A stretch of 64,000 nucleotides of DNA from NCBI GenBank assembly GCA_022448425.1, contig JAKVCY010000187.1:127-64126 (forward strand), given 5' to 3'. This stretch comes from Thalassotalea sp. (lineage in GTDB: Bacteria > Pseudomonadota > Gammaproteobacteria > Enterobacterales > Alteromonadaceae). The translations under genes and the position numbers were made by a program. This document shows positions 10,818-20,396 of the stretch, in pieces. The notes beneath the pieces were generated by a model, which saw nothing but the letters and a program-made list of their open reading frames with translations, did no database searches and was not told where the DNA came from. Position 1 is the first letter of the stretch; every line of letters starts with the position of its first letter.

Positions 10818-10893
10818 ACCGCCAACAAGAGAGCGCAAGCCGGTTCGACAAAACTGAGTCAGATGATGAATGGGAAGAGTTTTAGGCCAGTCA

Positions 10894-11739
10894 ATGACTA
10901 ACAATAGGGACAAAGCGTATCAGTTAAGTAGCCAAGACTTTAAATTTGTCTGCGACTATGTGTATGACGCAGCAGGCATAGTGCTAGGCGAGTCTAAGCG
11001 TGAAATGCTCTATCGCCGTTTGTCTAGGGTGATAAGAGAACGCGACTTATCAAGCTTTACGGAGTATTGCCAAATACTTCGAAAGCACCCTGAACGCGAG
11101 CAGACATATTTTATTAATGCGGTAACGACGAACTTAACTAGCTTTTATCGAGAAAAACATCATTTTGAGTATTTGCAGAACTATGAATTTCCTAAGCTGT
11201 TAACGCAAAACCTAGCGTCAAAACGTGTTCGAATATGGTCCTCTGCTAGTTCGACTGGTGAGGAGCCCTATAGTTTAGCGATAACAACTTACGAAGCGTT
11301 CAAGTCGTTACTAAGCCAATGGGATGTGAAGATACTTGCGACCGATATCGATAGTAATGTAATAGCCACCGCAAAAGCCGGCGTTTATGACAAAACACGA
11401 ATAGAAGGGATTCCGGGGCAAATCAGAAAGCGCTTTTTTCAACAAGGCACTGGAAACAATCGCGATAAGTTTAAGGTGGTGAGTTCAGCGAGAGATCTGA
11501 TTACGTTCAAAACGTTAAATTTGTTGCATGAATGGCCTATGAAGGGCCCTTTTGATGTGATTTTTTGCCGTAATGTGTTGATTTATTTTGACAAAGAAAC
11601 ACAGCTTTATTTGTTTGAACGCTATTACAATATGTTAAAGCCAGGTGGCTTACTTATGTTGGGACATAGTGAGAGTTTAGGTGCATTTCAGCCATATTTT
11701 GAAAATGTTGGCCGCACAATTTTTCGTAAGCCAGTTTAA
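10894..11739 (+). CDS. cheR: Chemotaxis methyltransferase CheR
   Basis: TTNLTSFYRE, WSSASSTGEEPYS, ATDID, CRNVLIYFD; start at ATG 10894 preferred because ATG 10870 overlaps the receptor tail. Confidence 0.93.
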   Translation: MTNNRDKAYQLSSQDFKFVCDYVYDAAGIVLGESKREMLYRRLSRVIRERDLSSFTEYCQILRKHPEREQTYFINAVTTNLTSFYREKHHFEYLQNYEFPKLLTQNLASKRVRIWSSASSTGEEPYSLAITTYEAFKSLLSQWDVKILATDIDSNVIATAKAGVYDKTRIEGIPGQIRKRFFQQGTGNNRDKFKVVSSARDLITFKTLNLLHEWPMKGPFDVIFCRNVLIYFDKETQLYLFERYYNMLKPGGLLMLGHSESLGAFQPYFENVGRTIFRKPV

Positions 11740-11768
11740 GTTGAGATTGGTTTTACAGAGTATTAGAG

Positions 11769-12431
11769 ATGTTAAGAACCGCAGAAAGGATTGAGGTTAA
11801 GTCTGTGTTGGCTAAATGCCTTCCAGAGTTTAAACACATTAACCATTATTGGGACAAACAAAGAAATATTGTCGTCGCTAAGATTTTGCCCGGAGAGTTC
11901 TATATGACCTCAAACGCGCTGACAATTTCGACTACATTAGGTTCATGTATCGCTGCTTGTATATGGGATGACCGAATGGGGATTGGTGGGATGAATCATT
12001 TTATGCTGCCAATCACTGATAAAAGCATCAACGAGGTTGACTGGGGAAGTCGAGGGTTAGCAAGTGATGCTTATAGATATGGCAATTTCGCCATGGAGCA
12101 CTTGGTAAACACCATTTTAAAAAATGGAGGTTATCGAGATAATTTGAAAGCCAAGGTTTTTGGTGGTGGCAAAGTATTGAAAAAAATGTCTGACGTTGGA
12201 GAACGTAACATTGATTTTGTGTTTGATTACTTATCAACTGAGAAAATCTCTGTTGTTTCGTATGATGTAGGATCGATATATCCGAGAAAGGTACTGTTCG
12301 AGCCAACGACAGGGAGAGCATTTGTTAAAAAACTTGATAACCTATCGAATGACACTATTGCACAGCGGGAACAAGATTACCGTTCGAGTATTGATAGTGG
12401 CCATGTTGAAGGCGATGTCGAGCTGTTTTAA
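11769..12431 (+). CDS. cheD: Chemoreceptor glutamine deamidase CheD
   Basis: PGE, TTLGSCIAAC, GGMNHFMLP, KVFGG; C-terminal extension ending GDVELF. Confidence 0.93.
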   Translation: MLRTAERIEVKSVLAKCLPEFKHINHYWDKQRNIVVAKILPGEFYMTSNALTISTTLGSCIAACIWDDRMGIGGMNHFMLPITDKSINEVDWGSRGLASDAYRYGNFAMEHLVNTILKNGGYRDNLKAKVFGGGKVLKKMSDVGERNIDFVFDYLSTEKISVVSYDVGSIYPRKVLFEPTTGRAFVKKLDNLSNDTIAQREQDYRSSIDSGHVEGDVELF

Positions 12432-12448
12432 CTAGCGGGTGAAAGGAT

Positions 12449-13531
12449 ATGAAAAAGATTAAGGTATTAATCGTTGATGATTCGTCTGTTATCCGAGGGT
12501 TAGTAAAGGAAATTATTAATCAGGATAGCGAGTTGGAAGTTGTTGGCGAGGCTCAAGACCCATATGTTGCACGCGATAAAATAAAACAGCTTAATCCGGA
12601 CGTTATTACGCTAGATGTAGAGATGCCGAAAATGGACGGCATTACCTTTTTGAGCAATCTCATGCGTTTAAGGCCTATGCCGGTAATTATGTTATCGACG
12701 CTGACTGAGAATGGTGCCGACATTACTTTGAAGGCACTAGAGTTGGGTGCAGTCGACTTCATTACCAAGCCTAGCTTTGAGTCTTTACTAGAGAATCGCA
12801 TGGTATTCAAAGATGACTTGATCGCAAAGATAAAGTCAGCCGTTGGCGTTGATCAAAAAGGGTTACAATTAGCCTCAACACTAAGAAAGTCAGATAACCA
12901 ATCAATTCTCTCCTTTACTGGTTGTAAGCGTAGTAATCATATAGTAGCCATTGGTGCGTCTACTGGTGGTACTGATGCAATTAAATCGATTTTGACGAGA
13001 CTGCCCAGTAATAGTCCGCCTATTGTAATAACACAGCACATACCACCAAAGTTTAGTGAACGATTTGCCAATAGACTCAATGAACATTGTGCTGTCACGG
13101 TTCAAGAAGCTAAACACGGACAAAAAATTAAGACAGGTAATGTGTATATTGCGCCGGGTGATCAACACTTAGTCGTTGTAGCAAAAGGCGGTGCGCTTTT
13201 CTGCACGTTAACTGATGAAGCACCAGTCAACAGGCATCGACCAGCGGTCGATGTGTTGTTTAATTCACTTTTACCCATGGCGGATAACGTTCAAGCGGTA
13301 TCGCTAACCGGCATGGGAACTGACGGTGCTAAAGGGATGCTGGATTTAAAAAATGCCGGTGCGAGAACAATTATTCAGGATAAAAATACCAGCTTAATTT
13401 GGGGAATGCCGGGCAGTGCGCATGCACTTTCTGCACATTCATCTGTGCTACCTTTAGATAAAGTTGCATTTGAAGTCCTTGATTTTGCGAAATTATCAAT
13501 AAAAGAAATGAAAGAGGTTGTAAATGGCTAG
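12449..13531 (+). CDS. cheB: Chemotaxis methylesterase CheB
   Basis: REC (TLDVEMP) + esterase [25 protein letters not shown]. Confidence 0.95.
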   Translation: MKKIKVLIVDDSSVIRGLVKEIINQDSELEVVGEAQDPYVARDKIKQLNPDVITLDVEMPKMDGITFLSNLMRLRPMPVIMLSTLTENGADITLKALELGAVDFITKPSFESLLENRMVFKDDLIAKIKSAVGVDQKGLQLASTLRKSDNQSILSFTGCKRSNHIVAIGASTGGTDAIKSILTRLPSNSPPIVITQHIPPKFSERFANRLNEHCAVTVQEAKHGQKIKTGNVYIAPGDQHLVVVAKGGALFCTLTDEAPVNRHRPAVDVLFNSLLPMADNVQAVSLTGMGTDGAKGMLDLKNAGARTIIQDKNTSLIWGMPGSAHALSAHSSVLPLDKVAFEVLDFAKLSIKEMKEVVNG

Positions 13532-14717
13532 TGCCAATTTAAAACAAACTCTAATTGCGACACTGGCGTTGTCACTATTGTTATTGCTCAATGAATGGGT
13601 GCTAAATATTGGGGCGCTCAATACTGCGTTTTACCTGTTACTTATTGCGGCAGCAGGTTACGGATTGTTCTCTATGCAAATTCTTGATCAGCATCAGGGT
13701 GATGATCAAGATTTAGAAGGGGTTATTACTGAGGAAGTGAACCGATCGTTCAATGAGTTAGTAAGAGATTTAAAGGCCGTAATTGAACAAGAAACCTTGG
13801 TTCTATCTCAAGAGCATGAACGAGTTTCTATGTTGGTCAGAGATGCTGTCTTGGGTATTTCAGAGAGTTTTAAGTCGCTTCAGCAATTGAGCGCTGAACA
13901 GCAAGGTATGATTGAACACTTGATTAACTTTAATCAAAACCTCGGTGATGATGAAGAAACTAGCCTTGAGACGTTTGTCCAAGGTTCTAACAGAACATTG
14001 GAGAATTTTGTTGGTGTTATTATCAACACAAGTAAGCAGAGTCTAGAAACTATGGGATACACTGATGAAATGGTATCCAAGTTTGACAGCATATTTTCCC
14101 TTCTCGAGCAGGTAGAGGGCTTAGCGACTCAAACTAACTTATTAGCTCTTAATGCGGCAATTGAAGCAGCACGAGCAGGTGATGCTGGTCGCGGTTTCGC
14201 GGTAGTTGCTAATGAAGTAAGAGCGCTTTCACAGAACTCAACCGAATTAAATAACAACATTCGTGGACAGATATCTTCAGCACAAGAAACGATTGCTAGC
14301 TTGAGAAAATCGGTTGAAACTATAGCGTCAGCTGATATGAATCCTACACTTGAGGCGAAGCATCAAGTGATTGTCATGATGCAACACATTGCAGATGTGA
14401 ATAATAAAACACAAGGTGCGGTGGAAGAGTTGGCGTCTATTGCACCGCAAATAGCGGATGCCGTAACTACCGGTGTACGTGCATTACAATTTGAAGATTT
14501 GACCTATCAATCACTTGATTCTTTGACATTTAACATTAATAACTTAGTTAATATTAGTGAGCAGCTAGGCGACTTGGAAATTGATGCTAATATTGTGATA
14601 AAGCTGACATCTTTACATGACCAGTGTCAGGAACTTTTAACCAACTCAAAACAAGCTAATCAAGTACGCAGTGTCTCGCAGTCATCAATGGATGAAGGTG
14701 AAGTAGAATTATTTTAA
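13524..14717 (+). CDS. McpA/CttP-like chemoreceptor without periplasmic sensor
   Basis: Two adjacent N-terminal TM helices, [18 protein letters not shown]-terminus GEVELF like P. aeruginosa McpA. Confidence 0.85.
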   Translation: MASANLKQTLIATLALSLLLLLNEWVLNIGALNTAFYLLLIAAAGYGLFSMQILDQHQGDDQDLEGVITEEVNRSFNELVRDLKAVIEQETLVLSQEHERVSMLVRDAVLGISESFKSLQQLSAEQQGMIEHLINFNQNLGDDEETSLETFVQGSNRTLENFVGVIINTSKQSLETMGYTDEMVSKFDSIFSLLEQVEGLATQTNLLALNAAIEAARAGDAGRGFAVVANEVRALSQNSTELNNNIRGQISSAQETIASLRKSVETIASADMNPTLEAKHQVIVMMQHIADVNNKTQGAVEELASIAPQIADAVTTGVRALQFEDLTYQSLDSLTFNINNLVNISEQLGDLEIDANIVIKLTSLHDQCQELLTNSKQANQVRSVSQSSMDEGEVELF

Positions 14718-14732
14718 CGAGGAGCTCGATAC

Positions 14733-15041
14733 ATGACCGTAAAAAAAATAACTAGTGATAGCGGTAAAGACGTTACCATTTCAATCGAAGATCGATTTGA
14801 TTTCTCGCTACATCAACTTTTTAGAGATAGCTATGCTGACTCAACTGCCAGCGGTAGTAAATTTACGCTAGACCTTTCAAAAACGTCTTATATGGATAGT
14901 TCAGCGCTTGGCATGATCTTGCTATTGAAAGATCACGCTGAGAAGATTAGTGGCAGCGTTACTATATCTAAACCGAGCGAACCAGTCGCAAAAATTCTGG
15001 AAATTGCGCAATTTAATCGCTTGCTAAAAATCGAGAAATAG
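14733..15041 (+). CDS. STAS anti-anti-sigma-type protein (HsbA/SpoIIAA-like)
   Basis: LDLSKTSYMDSSALGM contains the phosphorylatable Ser motif. Confidence 0.85.
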   Translation: MTVKKITSDSGKDVTISIEDRFDFSLHQLFRDSYADSTASGSKFTLDLSKTSYMDSSALGMILLLKDHAEKISGSVTISKPSEPVAKILEIAQFNRLLKIEK

Positions 15042-15043
15042 CA

Positions 15044-16762
15044 ATGGCAAGCGCACTCGAGCGTCGTTACAAATTAGCACTGGTTGTTGATGATTCAGTA
15101 ATGCAGTGTAAGGTATTGAGCGTGCTGCTCAAGGAGGAGGGCTATCGAGTCTTTACTGCCAATGACGGTGCTCGTGGTGTGGAGATGTACATAAAGTATC
15201 AGCCGGATCTGGTACTTATGGATATTAACATGCCGGTGATGGATGGCTATGAAGCAGCAAGGCAAATTAAAGCCTTGTCTAAACATACCCTTGCACCACT
15301 TATTTTTATCACCAGTATTGATACTGACCAGGCATTTATCGACAGTATTGAAGCAGGTGGTGACGGAATACTTGTCAGGCCATTTTCGCCAGAAGTTTTT
15401 AAAGCGAAGATAAAATCCATTCAGCGAATCAGTGATTTATACATACAGGTAAAGTCACTTCAACAAGCACAGCAAAAAGATGCTGAACTAGCTGAACAGT
15501 TGATGTCAGGTGTAATTGAATCAAGAAACTTCGCACTTGACCGCATCGGAATTGTTAAAAAAGCGGCTGAACTTTTTAGCGGTGATATTCAGTTAACAGC
15601 TCAATGTCCTAATGGCGATGTCAACGTATTACTTGGAGATTTCACAGGGCACGGGTTACGTTCGTCTATTGGCGCAATACCGCTAGCTGAAACCTTCAGG
15701 GTGATGACGAGGAAAGGCTTTTCACTTTTCGAAATCATCAGCCAATTCAATAGTCAACTATATGACTTACTTCCATCAGATCTGTTTTTAGCTGCAACAT
15801 TTATTAGTGTTTCTAGTCAAGACTCTACTGCATACATCTTCAATGCAGGACTTCCTGATACTTATATTTACAGTGATGAGGGCGAGGTTAGTCACAAACT
15901 TGGTTCGAGTCACCCACCATTAGGTGTATTGGAAAGTTTATTGCCTGGTAGCCAGTTAAGGGTTGTTTACATTAAAGATTCTGATCGCATATTGACACTT
16001 AGTGACGGGATTATTGAAGCGCGCAATGCCGATGGTGAAATGTATGGTATTGAGCGTTTCGAGCAAGCTGCTGAGTTGGGCTTTAGAAATGGCGCAGTGA
16101 CAGATACCATTGTTGCTGACTTAGAAAGCTTCTGTGAAGGAACGCTGCAAGAAGATGATATTTCTCTTATCGATATTCCATGTAACGGCTGGGAACCTTC
16201 CTTGTCTGTGGCACATTCAACTGTCGCTTCGGTAAGCGATGTAGAGTTTCAAGAGATCAAGCAAACAGGCGCTTCTTGGAGTTGGAAGCTAGTGCTCATT
16301 GGTGACAAACTCGCGAAAGTAAACCCTATCCCTATGGCCATGAGCTATTTGCACGAAATAGAGGGAAACAGCGAACAGTGGCAAAACCTCTACACTATTT
16401 TAACTGAGCTTTTTATCAACGCTTTAGATCATGGAGTGCTTGGGCTTAGTTCCGATCTCAAAAAAGAAGCAGAGGGTTTTGCACTATACTTTCAGGAGCG
16501 AGAGGAGAGGTTAAAGCAACTTGCGGTAGGTTCAGTAGAGATAATGTTGAACTTTGTGCGTGCGGAAGCAGGTGACGAAGTCGTTATAGAGGTTAAGGAC
16601 AGTGGAAATGGCTTTGATTTCGAGAAGGTACAAGAAAAGTTACAAGAAACTTCAGAATTATCATTGAGTGGTAGGGGAATTCAGCTCGTCTCTAAGCTTT
16701 GTAATGGTCTATATTATAAAGATAAAGGAACGCACGTAATCGCTAAATATGCAGTGAACTAA
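15044..16762 (+). CDS. REC-PP2C(SpoIIE)-Ser kinase fusion (HsbR-like)
   Basis: REC LMDINMP; PP2C LGDFTGHG, SDG, EDDIS; HATPase ELFINALDHG, DSGNGF, SGRGI. Confidence 0.87.
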   Translation: MASALERRYKLALVVDDSVMQCKVLSVLLKEEGYRVFTANDGARGVEMYIKYQPDLVLMDINMPVMDGYEAARQIKALSKHTLAPLIFITSIDTDQAFIDSIEAGGDGILVRPFSPEVFKAKIKSIQRISDLYIQVKSLQQAQQKDAELAEQLMSGVIESRNFALDRIGIVKKAAELFSGDIQLTAQCPNGDVNVLLGDFTGHGLRSSIGAIPLAETFRVMTRKGFSLFEIISQFNSQLYDLLPSDLFLAATFISVSSQDSTAYIFNAGLPDTYIYSDEGEVSHKLGSSHPPLGVLESLLPGSQLRVVYIKDSDRILTLSDGIIEARNADGEMYGIERFEQAAELGFRNGAVTDTIVADLESFCEGTLQEDDISLIDIPCNGWEPSLSVAHSTVASVSDVEFQEIKQTGASWSWKLVLIGDKLAKVNPIPMAMSYLHEIEGNSEQWQNLYTILTELFINALDHGVLGLSSDLKKEAEGFALYFQEREERLKQLAVGSVEIMLNFVRAEAGDEVVIEVKDSGNGFDFEKVQEKLQETSELSLSGRGIQLVSKLCNGLYYKDKGTHVIAKYAVN

Positions 16763-16771
16763 AGGCTAACC

Positions 16772-17001
16772 ATGAATGTTTTGATTGTTGACGATGATAA
16801 GTTAATGAGAAATGTGCTTAGTACTATGGTTAATCAAGCCGGACATCAAGCTTTCGCTGCCAATGGAAGTAGTCAAGCATTGGCATTAGTTGTAGCGACG
16901 ATTCGGCGACAGACAAGGATGAGCTTGTTTCACAGGCAGACAAAGCGCTTTACCTTGCAAAGAGTCAGGGCAGAAAATGCTACAGAGTGTATAAAAACTA
17001 A
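16772..17001 (+). pseudogene. REC-GGDEF gene remnant with large internal deletion
   Basis: REC start MNVLIVDDD...QAL; from 16876 another frame reads SIGISCSDDSATDKDELVSQADKALYLAKSQGRKCYRVYKN* (GGDEF C-terminus, TAA 16999-17001). Confidence 0.85.
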
Positions 17002-17019
17002 AAATCCAAGGGAGGTAAA

Positions 17020-18183
17020 GTGTTAGAAAAAAAATCGGTTCTTATTATTGATGATGATATGCAGTATTTAGAGTTGCTGTCTGAGTGTTTAGAGAATTCT
17101 TTTGCAGTTAAGGCCGCCTGTTCTATTTCTCATGCAGAGTCTATCGTAGAAGAGAACGGTAAATTTGATATTGCGCTTGTTGATGAATACATCGGTGATG
17201 ACATTGGTTCTGATTGGATCAAAACATCGGTTGATATAGGCAGTGTAGCTAGTTCGTTTGTCTTGTACTCTGGTTTGGCGACTGAAGACGCCATTATTAA
17301 AGGCTTAGAATGTGGTGCTGATGACTTTCTTGCAAAACCAATCTCTTTACTGACGTTAGAACAAAAGTTAACCAAGCTCATTAATTATCAAAATAAAATT
17401 GAGGGCTTTGAGAGCGAGTTAAGTTCAAAAGAACGTGTTATCAATGTTTCTATGGCACAGGCTTCCAAGTATGGTGCCTGTATGCAACTCACTTCACGTT
17501 TAAACCATTGCTTTAGTTTGGATGAGATAAGAGACGAACTTTTTTCATTTCTGTACGGAATGAATTTACATGGCTGTGTAGCATTTTATCCTCTGTCGGG
17601 TCAGCCGCTATTCTTCAGTTCTAAAAATGGTGTTTGTTCACCGGTAGAAGTAGAAGTGATGGAGGTCCTAAAGAGAAAACCACGTCTGTATCGTTTTGGA
17701 AACCGAACTATATTTAATCACCCATTGGCTTCTATTTTAATTCTGCATTTAGAAGAGGGCGCCATTGACACTGATATTTACATTGACGCCCTTGCGTCGG
17801 TAATACAGTGTGTAGGTGCTCGTATTGCATTTATTACTTACAAAAATTCGCTTGTTGAAGTTCAAGAACAAATTCAACAGGCGGTTGTTACGACCAAGAA
17901 AATGATCGAAATATCAAAACGGCATCAACAAGAGGTAATGAATGAGATTGTTCAAAATATTGGTATGAGTTTTCATGAATTGGATATGAATGAAGCCCAA
18001 GAGGACTATTTAACCGAGCTTATTCATAACGCCCTTAAACGACATACACAAGATGACGTTAACTTCCTAGAAGTGACTCGATTATTAGATGATGCCTTAT
18101 CAAGTGTCGACAAACTTAAATCACTCAATCAAGAGCAGCGAGTAGTGCCGCCAGAGCTTGATGAAGATGATGAGTTATTTTAA
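17020..18183 (+). CDS. Response regulator: REC + uncharacterised GAF-like/coiled-coil region
   Basis: IIDDD, LVDE, YSG, AKP receiver residues; about 260 aa C-terminal region ending EDDELF. Confidence 0.75.
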   Translation: MLEKKSVLIIDDDMQYLELLSECLENSFAVKAACSISHAESIVEENGKFDIALVDEYIGDDIGSDWIKTSVDIGSVASSFVLYSGLATEDAIIKGLECGADDFLAKPISLLTLEQKLTKLINYQNKIEGFESELSSKERVINVSMAQASKYGACMQLTSRLNHCFSLDEIRDELFSFLYGMNLHGCVAFYPLSGQPLFFSSKNGVCSPVEVEVMEVLKRKPRLYRFGNRTIFNHPLASILILHLEEGAIDTDIYIDALASVIQCVGARIAFITYKNSLVEVQEQIQQAVVTTKKMIEISKRHQQEVMNEIVQNIGMSFHELDMNEAQEDYLTELIHNALKRHTQDDVNFLEVTRLLDDALSSVDKLKSLNQEQRVVPPELDEDDELF

Positions 18184-20360
18184 TGTCAAACGTGCTCTCA
18201 GCAATAGAAGAACTTCCTTTTCCAGTTATCTCTATAGATAATAATGGCAATATCTTTACGTTGAATACATTAGCATCTAGCAAGTTTGAATACGAGGAAA
18301 CTGAACTTGCCGGCAAACCTCTTTCTTCGCTAATGACTACGCTTCAGTGTGAAGTGTTTGAGAACAGAAACAATGGCAACGCAAGTAATCAAAAGCATGA
18401 TCGTTGTGATTACAAAGTCATTACGAAATCCTGTAAATGGTTATATTTTTCTGGTTATCAAAAGCGCTCTGGCGACTTGGTTGTTTATTATTTTACAACT
18501 GAAGTAGATGAAGTAGATGAAATTCTTACCCAGTTTAGCCAAAGTCGTTCACTTATCTCACAACTTAAAGAACAAAATTCCTATCTGAAAATGGCTGAAA
18601 AAATCAGTCATTCCGGTCACTGGCGTTATTGTGTTGAAACAAGCTTTATGTTTTGGTCAACTGAGCTATACAATATTTTCGGCACTACCCCTGATAAATT
18701 TACCCCTTCGTCTGAGAATGATTTTGCTTTCTATGCCCCTTCAGAGCGCGATGAAATTAAGCAGCGGTTCTTTCAAAGTATATCTTTAGGAAAGCCTTAC
18801 TATCACAAATCATCGATAAAGTTATCTTCAGGTAGAAAGTTACGGTTAGAGATTATTGGCGAGTGCGAATTTGATAGCGCCGGTAAAGTCACTGCGCTGT
18901 TTGGCATATGCCGAGACGTCACTCAGAACGAGATTGTTTTCGAAAAACTGAAGTTATTGGCAATGGTGAACTATACCATTAAAGTGCCGATATTTTTTAT
19001 CGATGAACAAGACCACGTGGTTTACCAAGAATTGTCTCCTCAAGGCATGGCCTCTGGCGATGCAGGTTTGTTTAATAACATCAATTTTACCATTGAGGAG
19101 TATTTGTTATTTAAAAAAACGGCGAAAAAATCTGGCCAATTAAAAAGAACTCATGTGAGTTTTGACGAGTTCAACACTGTGTTTGATTTTTCAGTTACCT
19201 ACGAAGCACAGGAAGGAATTTACATTTGGATTGTTGAAAATGTAACGGAGAGGTTTCGCAAGGAGCAACAGCAAATTATTAGTAACCGCCTCGCTTTGCT
19301 AGGAAATACCTATGGCGGCGTTTCCCATGATATCAACAATATTTTAGGTGTTGCGCTTGGCGCTATTGAAATGTTGGAGATGAAAGTAGCGATGGGAGAA
19401 CAGAGTATCGCTAAGTATATTGATAGGGTGAAGAATGCTATCGACAAAGGTAAAGGAGTTACCGAACGACTACTTGCTTTTACAAGAAAGCCGATGGTGA
19501 AAGTCGTAGAGTTCGACCCGGTTCAGGAAATCATCGATAACAAGTACTTATTTCAACAAATGCTAATGAGTCCAATAATAAAGTTGTCATTTGATTTGCC
19601 CCTAGAACACTGCACCATTAATTTCCCTAAGGGTGAGTTCATCAATATTCTTTTAAATCTTGTTTTGAACTCTCAAGATGCCATCAAGGAGCAGGGGTTA
19701 AACGGCGAAATAAAAGTTTCAGTGACTTACAATGAAAGTGGTAGTGTCGAAATACACGTAATTGACAGTGGTATCGGTATCGAGTCGGAAAACATTGGCA
19801 AGATCTTTGACCCTTTTTATTCAAGTAAATCCGTAAATAAAGGGAATGGGATAGGGCTCGCGAATGTTTATAGCACTGTTTATAAACACAATGGCGAGAT
19901 AAAAGTGCAGGGGAAATCTTCTTTAGGCGGCGCACACTTTATGCTGTCTTTCCACTGCAAACGAGACGCGCTTATTCCTGCGAAACAAGAAGACAACACA
20001 GGACAAGATTTAATTGCTCAGTCTCGAATTTTGATACTTGATGATGAGGAGAGTATTGCTGAGTTTGTAGCGCTTTTTCTCGCCGATTTGGGTGCTAAAA
20101 CCGTAAAGGTATCTGACAAAGAAGCGCTTATTGATGCGGTCGAACATAAAGGGAAATTTGATATCTTTATCACCGATATGATTTTGCCCGAATTGACAGG
20201 TAAAGAGGCTGTTAGTATCGTCAAGCGCCATCAGCCGGATGTCCAGATTTTATCGATGAGTGGCTATATCGATAGCGAAGACGATAACTGGCCTTATCCA
20301 TTATTACGTAAACCATTTAATTCAGGAGAGCTTACTGAATTTTTAGCTCATTTGGGTTAA
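18183..20360 (+). CDS. Cytoplasmic PAS-PAS hybrid histidine kinase with C-terminal REC
   Basis: H-box GGVSHDINN, NLVLNSQDA, DSGIGI, GNGIGL; REC LDDEE...ITDM...KP; no TM. Confidence 0.88.
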   Translation: MSNVLSAIEELPFPVISIDNNGNIFTLNTLASSKFEYEETELAGKPLSSLMTTLQCEVFENRNNGNASNQKHDRCDYKVITKSCKWLYFSGYQKRSGDLVVYYFTTEVDEVDEILTQFSQSRSLISQLKEQNSYLKMAEKISHSGHWRYCVETSFMFWSTELYNIFGTTPDKFTPSSENDFAFYAPSERDEIKQRFFQSISLGKPYYHKSSIKLSSGRKLRLEIIGECEFDSAGKVTALFGICRDVTQNEIVFEKLKLLAMVNYTIKVPIFFIDEQDHVVYQELSPQGMASGDAGLFNNINFTIEEYLLFKKTAKKSGQLKRTHVSFDEFNTVFDFSVTYEAQEGIYIWIVENVTERFRKEQQQIISNRLALLGNTYGGVSHDINNILGVALGAIEMLEMKVAMGEQSIAKYIDRVKNAIDKGKGVTERLLAFTRKPMVKVVEFDPVQEIIDNKYLFQQMLMSPIIKLSFDLPLEHCTINFPKGEFINILLNLVLNSQDAIKEQGLNGEIKVSVTYNESGSVEIHVIDSGIGIESENIGKIFDPFYSSKSVNKGNGIGLANVYSTVYKHNGEIKVQGKSSLGGAHFMLSFHCKRDALIPAKQEDNTGQDLIAQSRILILDDEESIAEFVALFLADLGAKTVKVSDKEALIDAVEHKGKFDIFITDMILPELTGKEAVSIVKRHQPDVQILSMSGYIDSEDDNWPYPLLRKPFNSGELTEFLAHLG

Positions 20361-20396
20361 CGTAGTTTGACTTACTTATAATATACAGAGCCTTAT

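Noticed and set aside
10870-10893. cheR start at ATG 10870
   Set aside because: Overlaps the EWEEF-coding frame of the receptor; ATG 10894 fits better
16772-17026. 84-aa ORF as a real small response regulator
   Set aside because: Lacks the phospho-Asp and KP; its second half is the off-frame reading of a GGDEF tail
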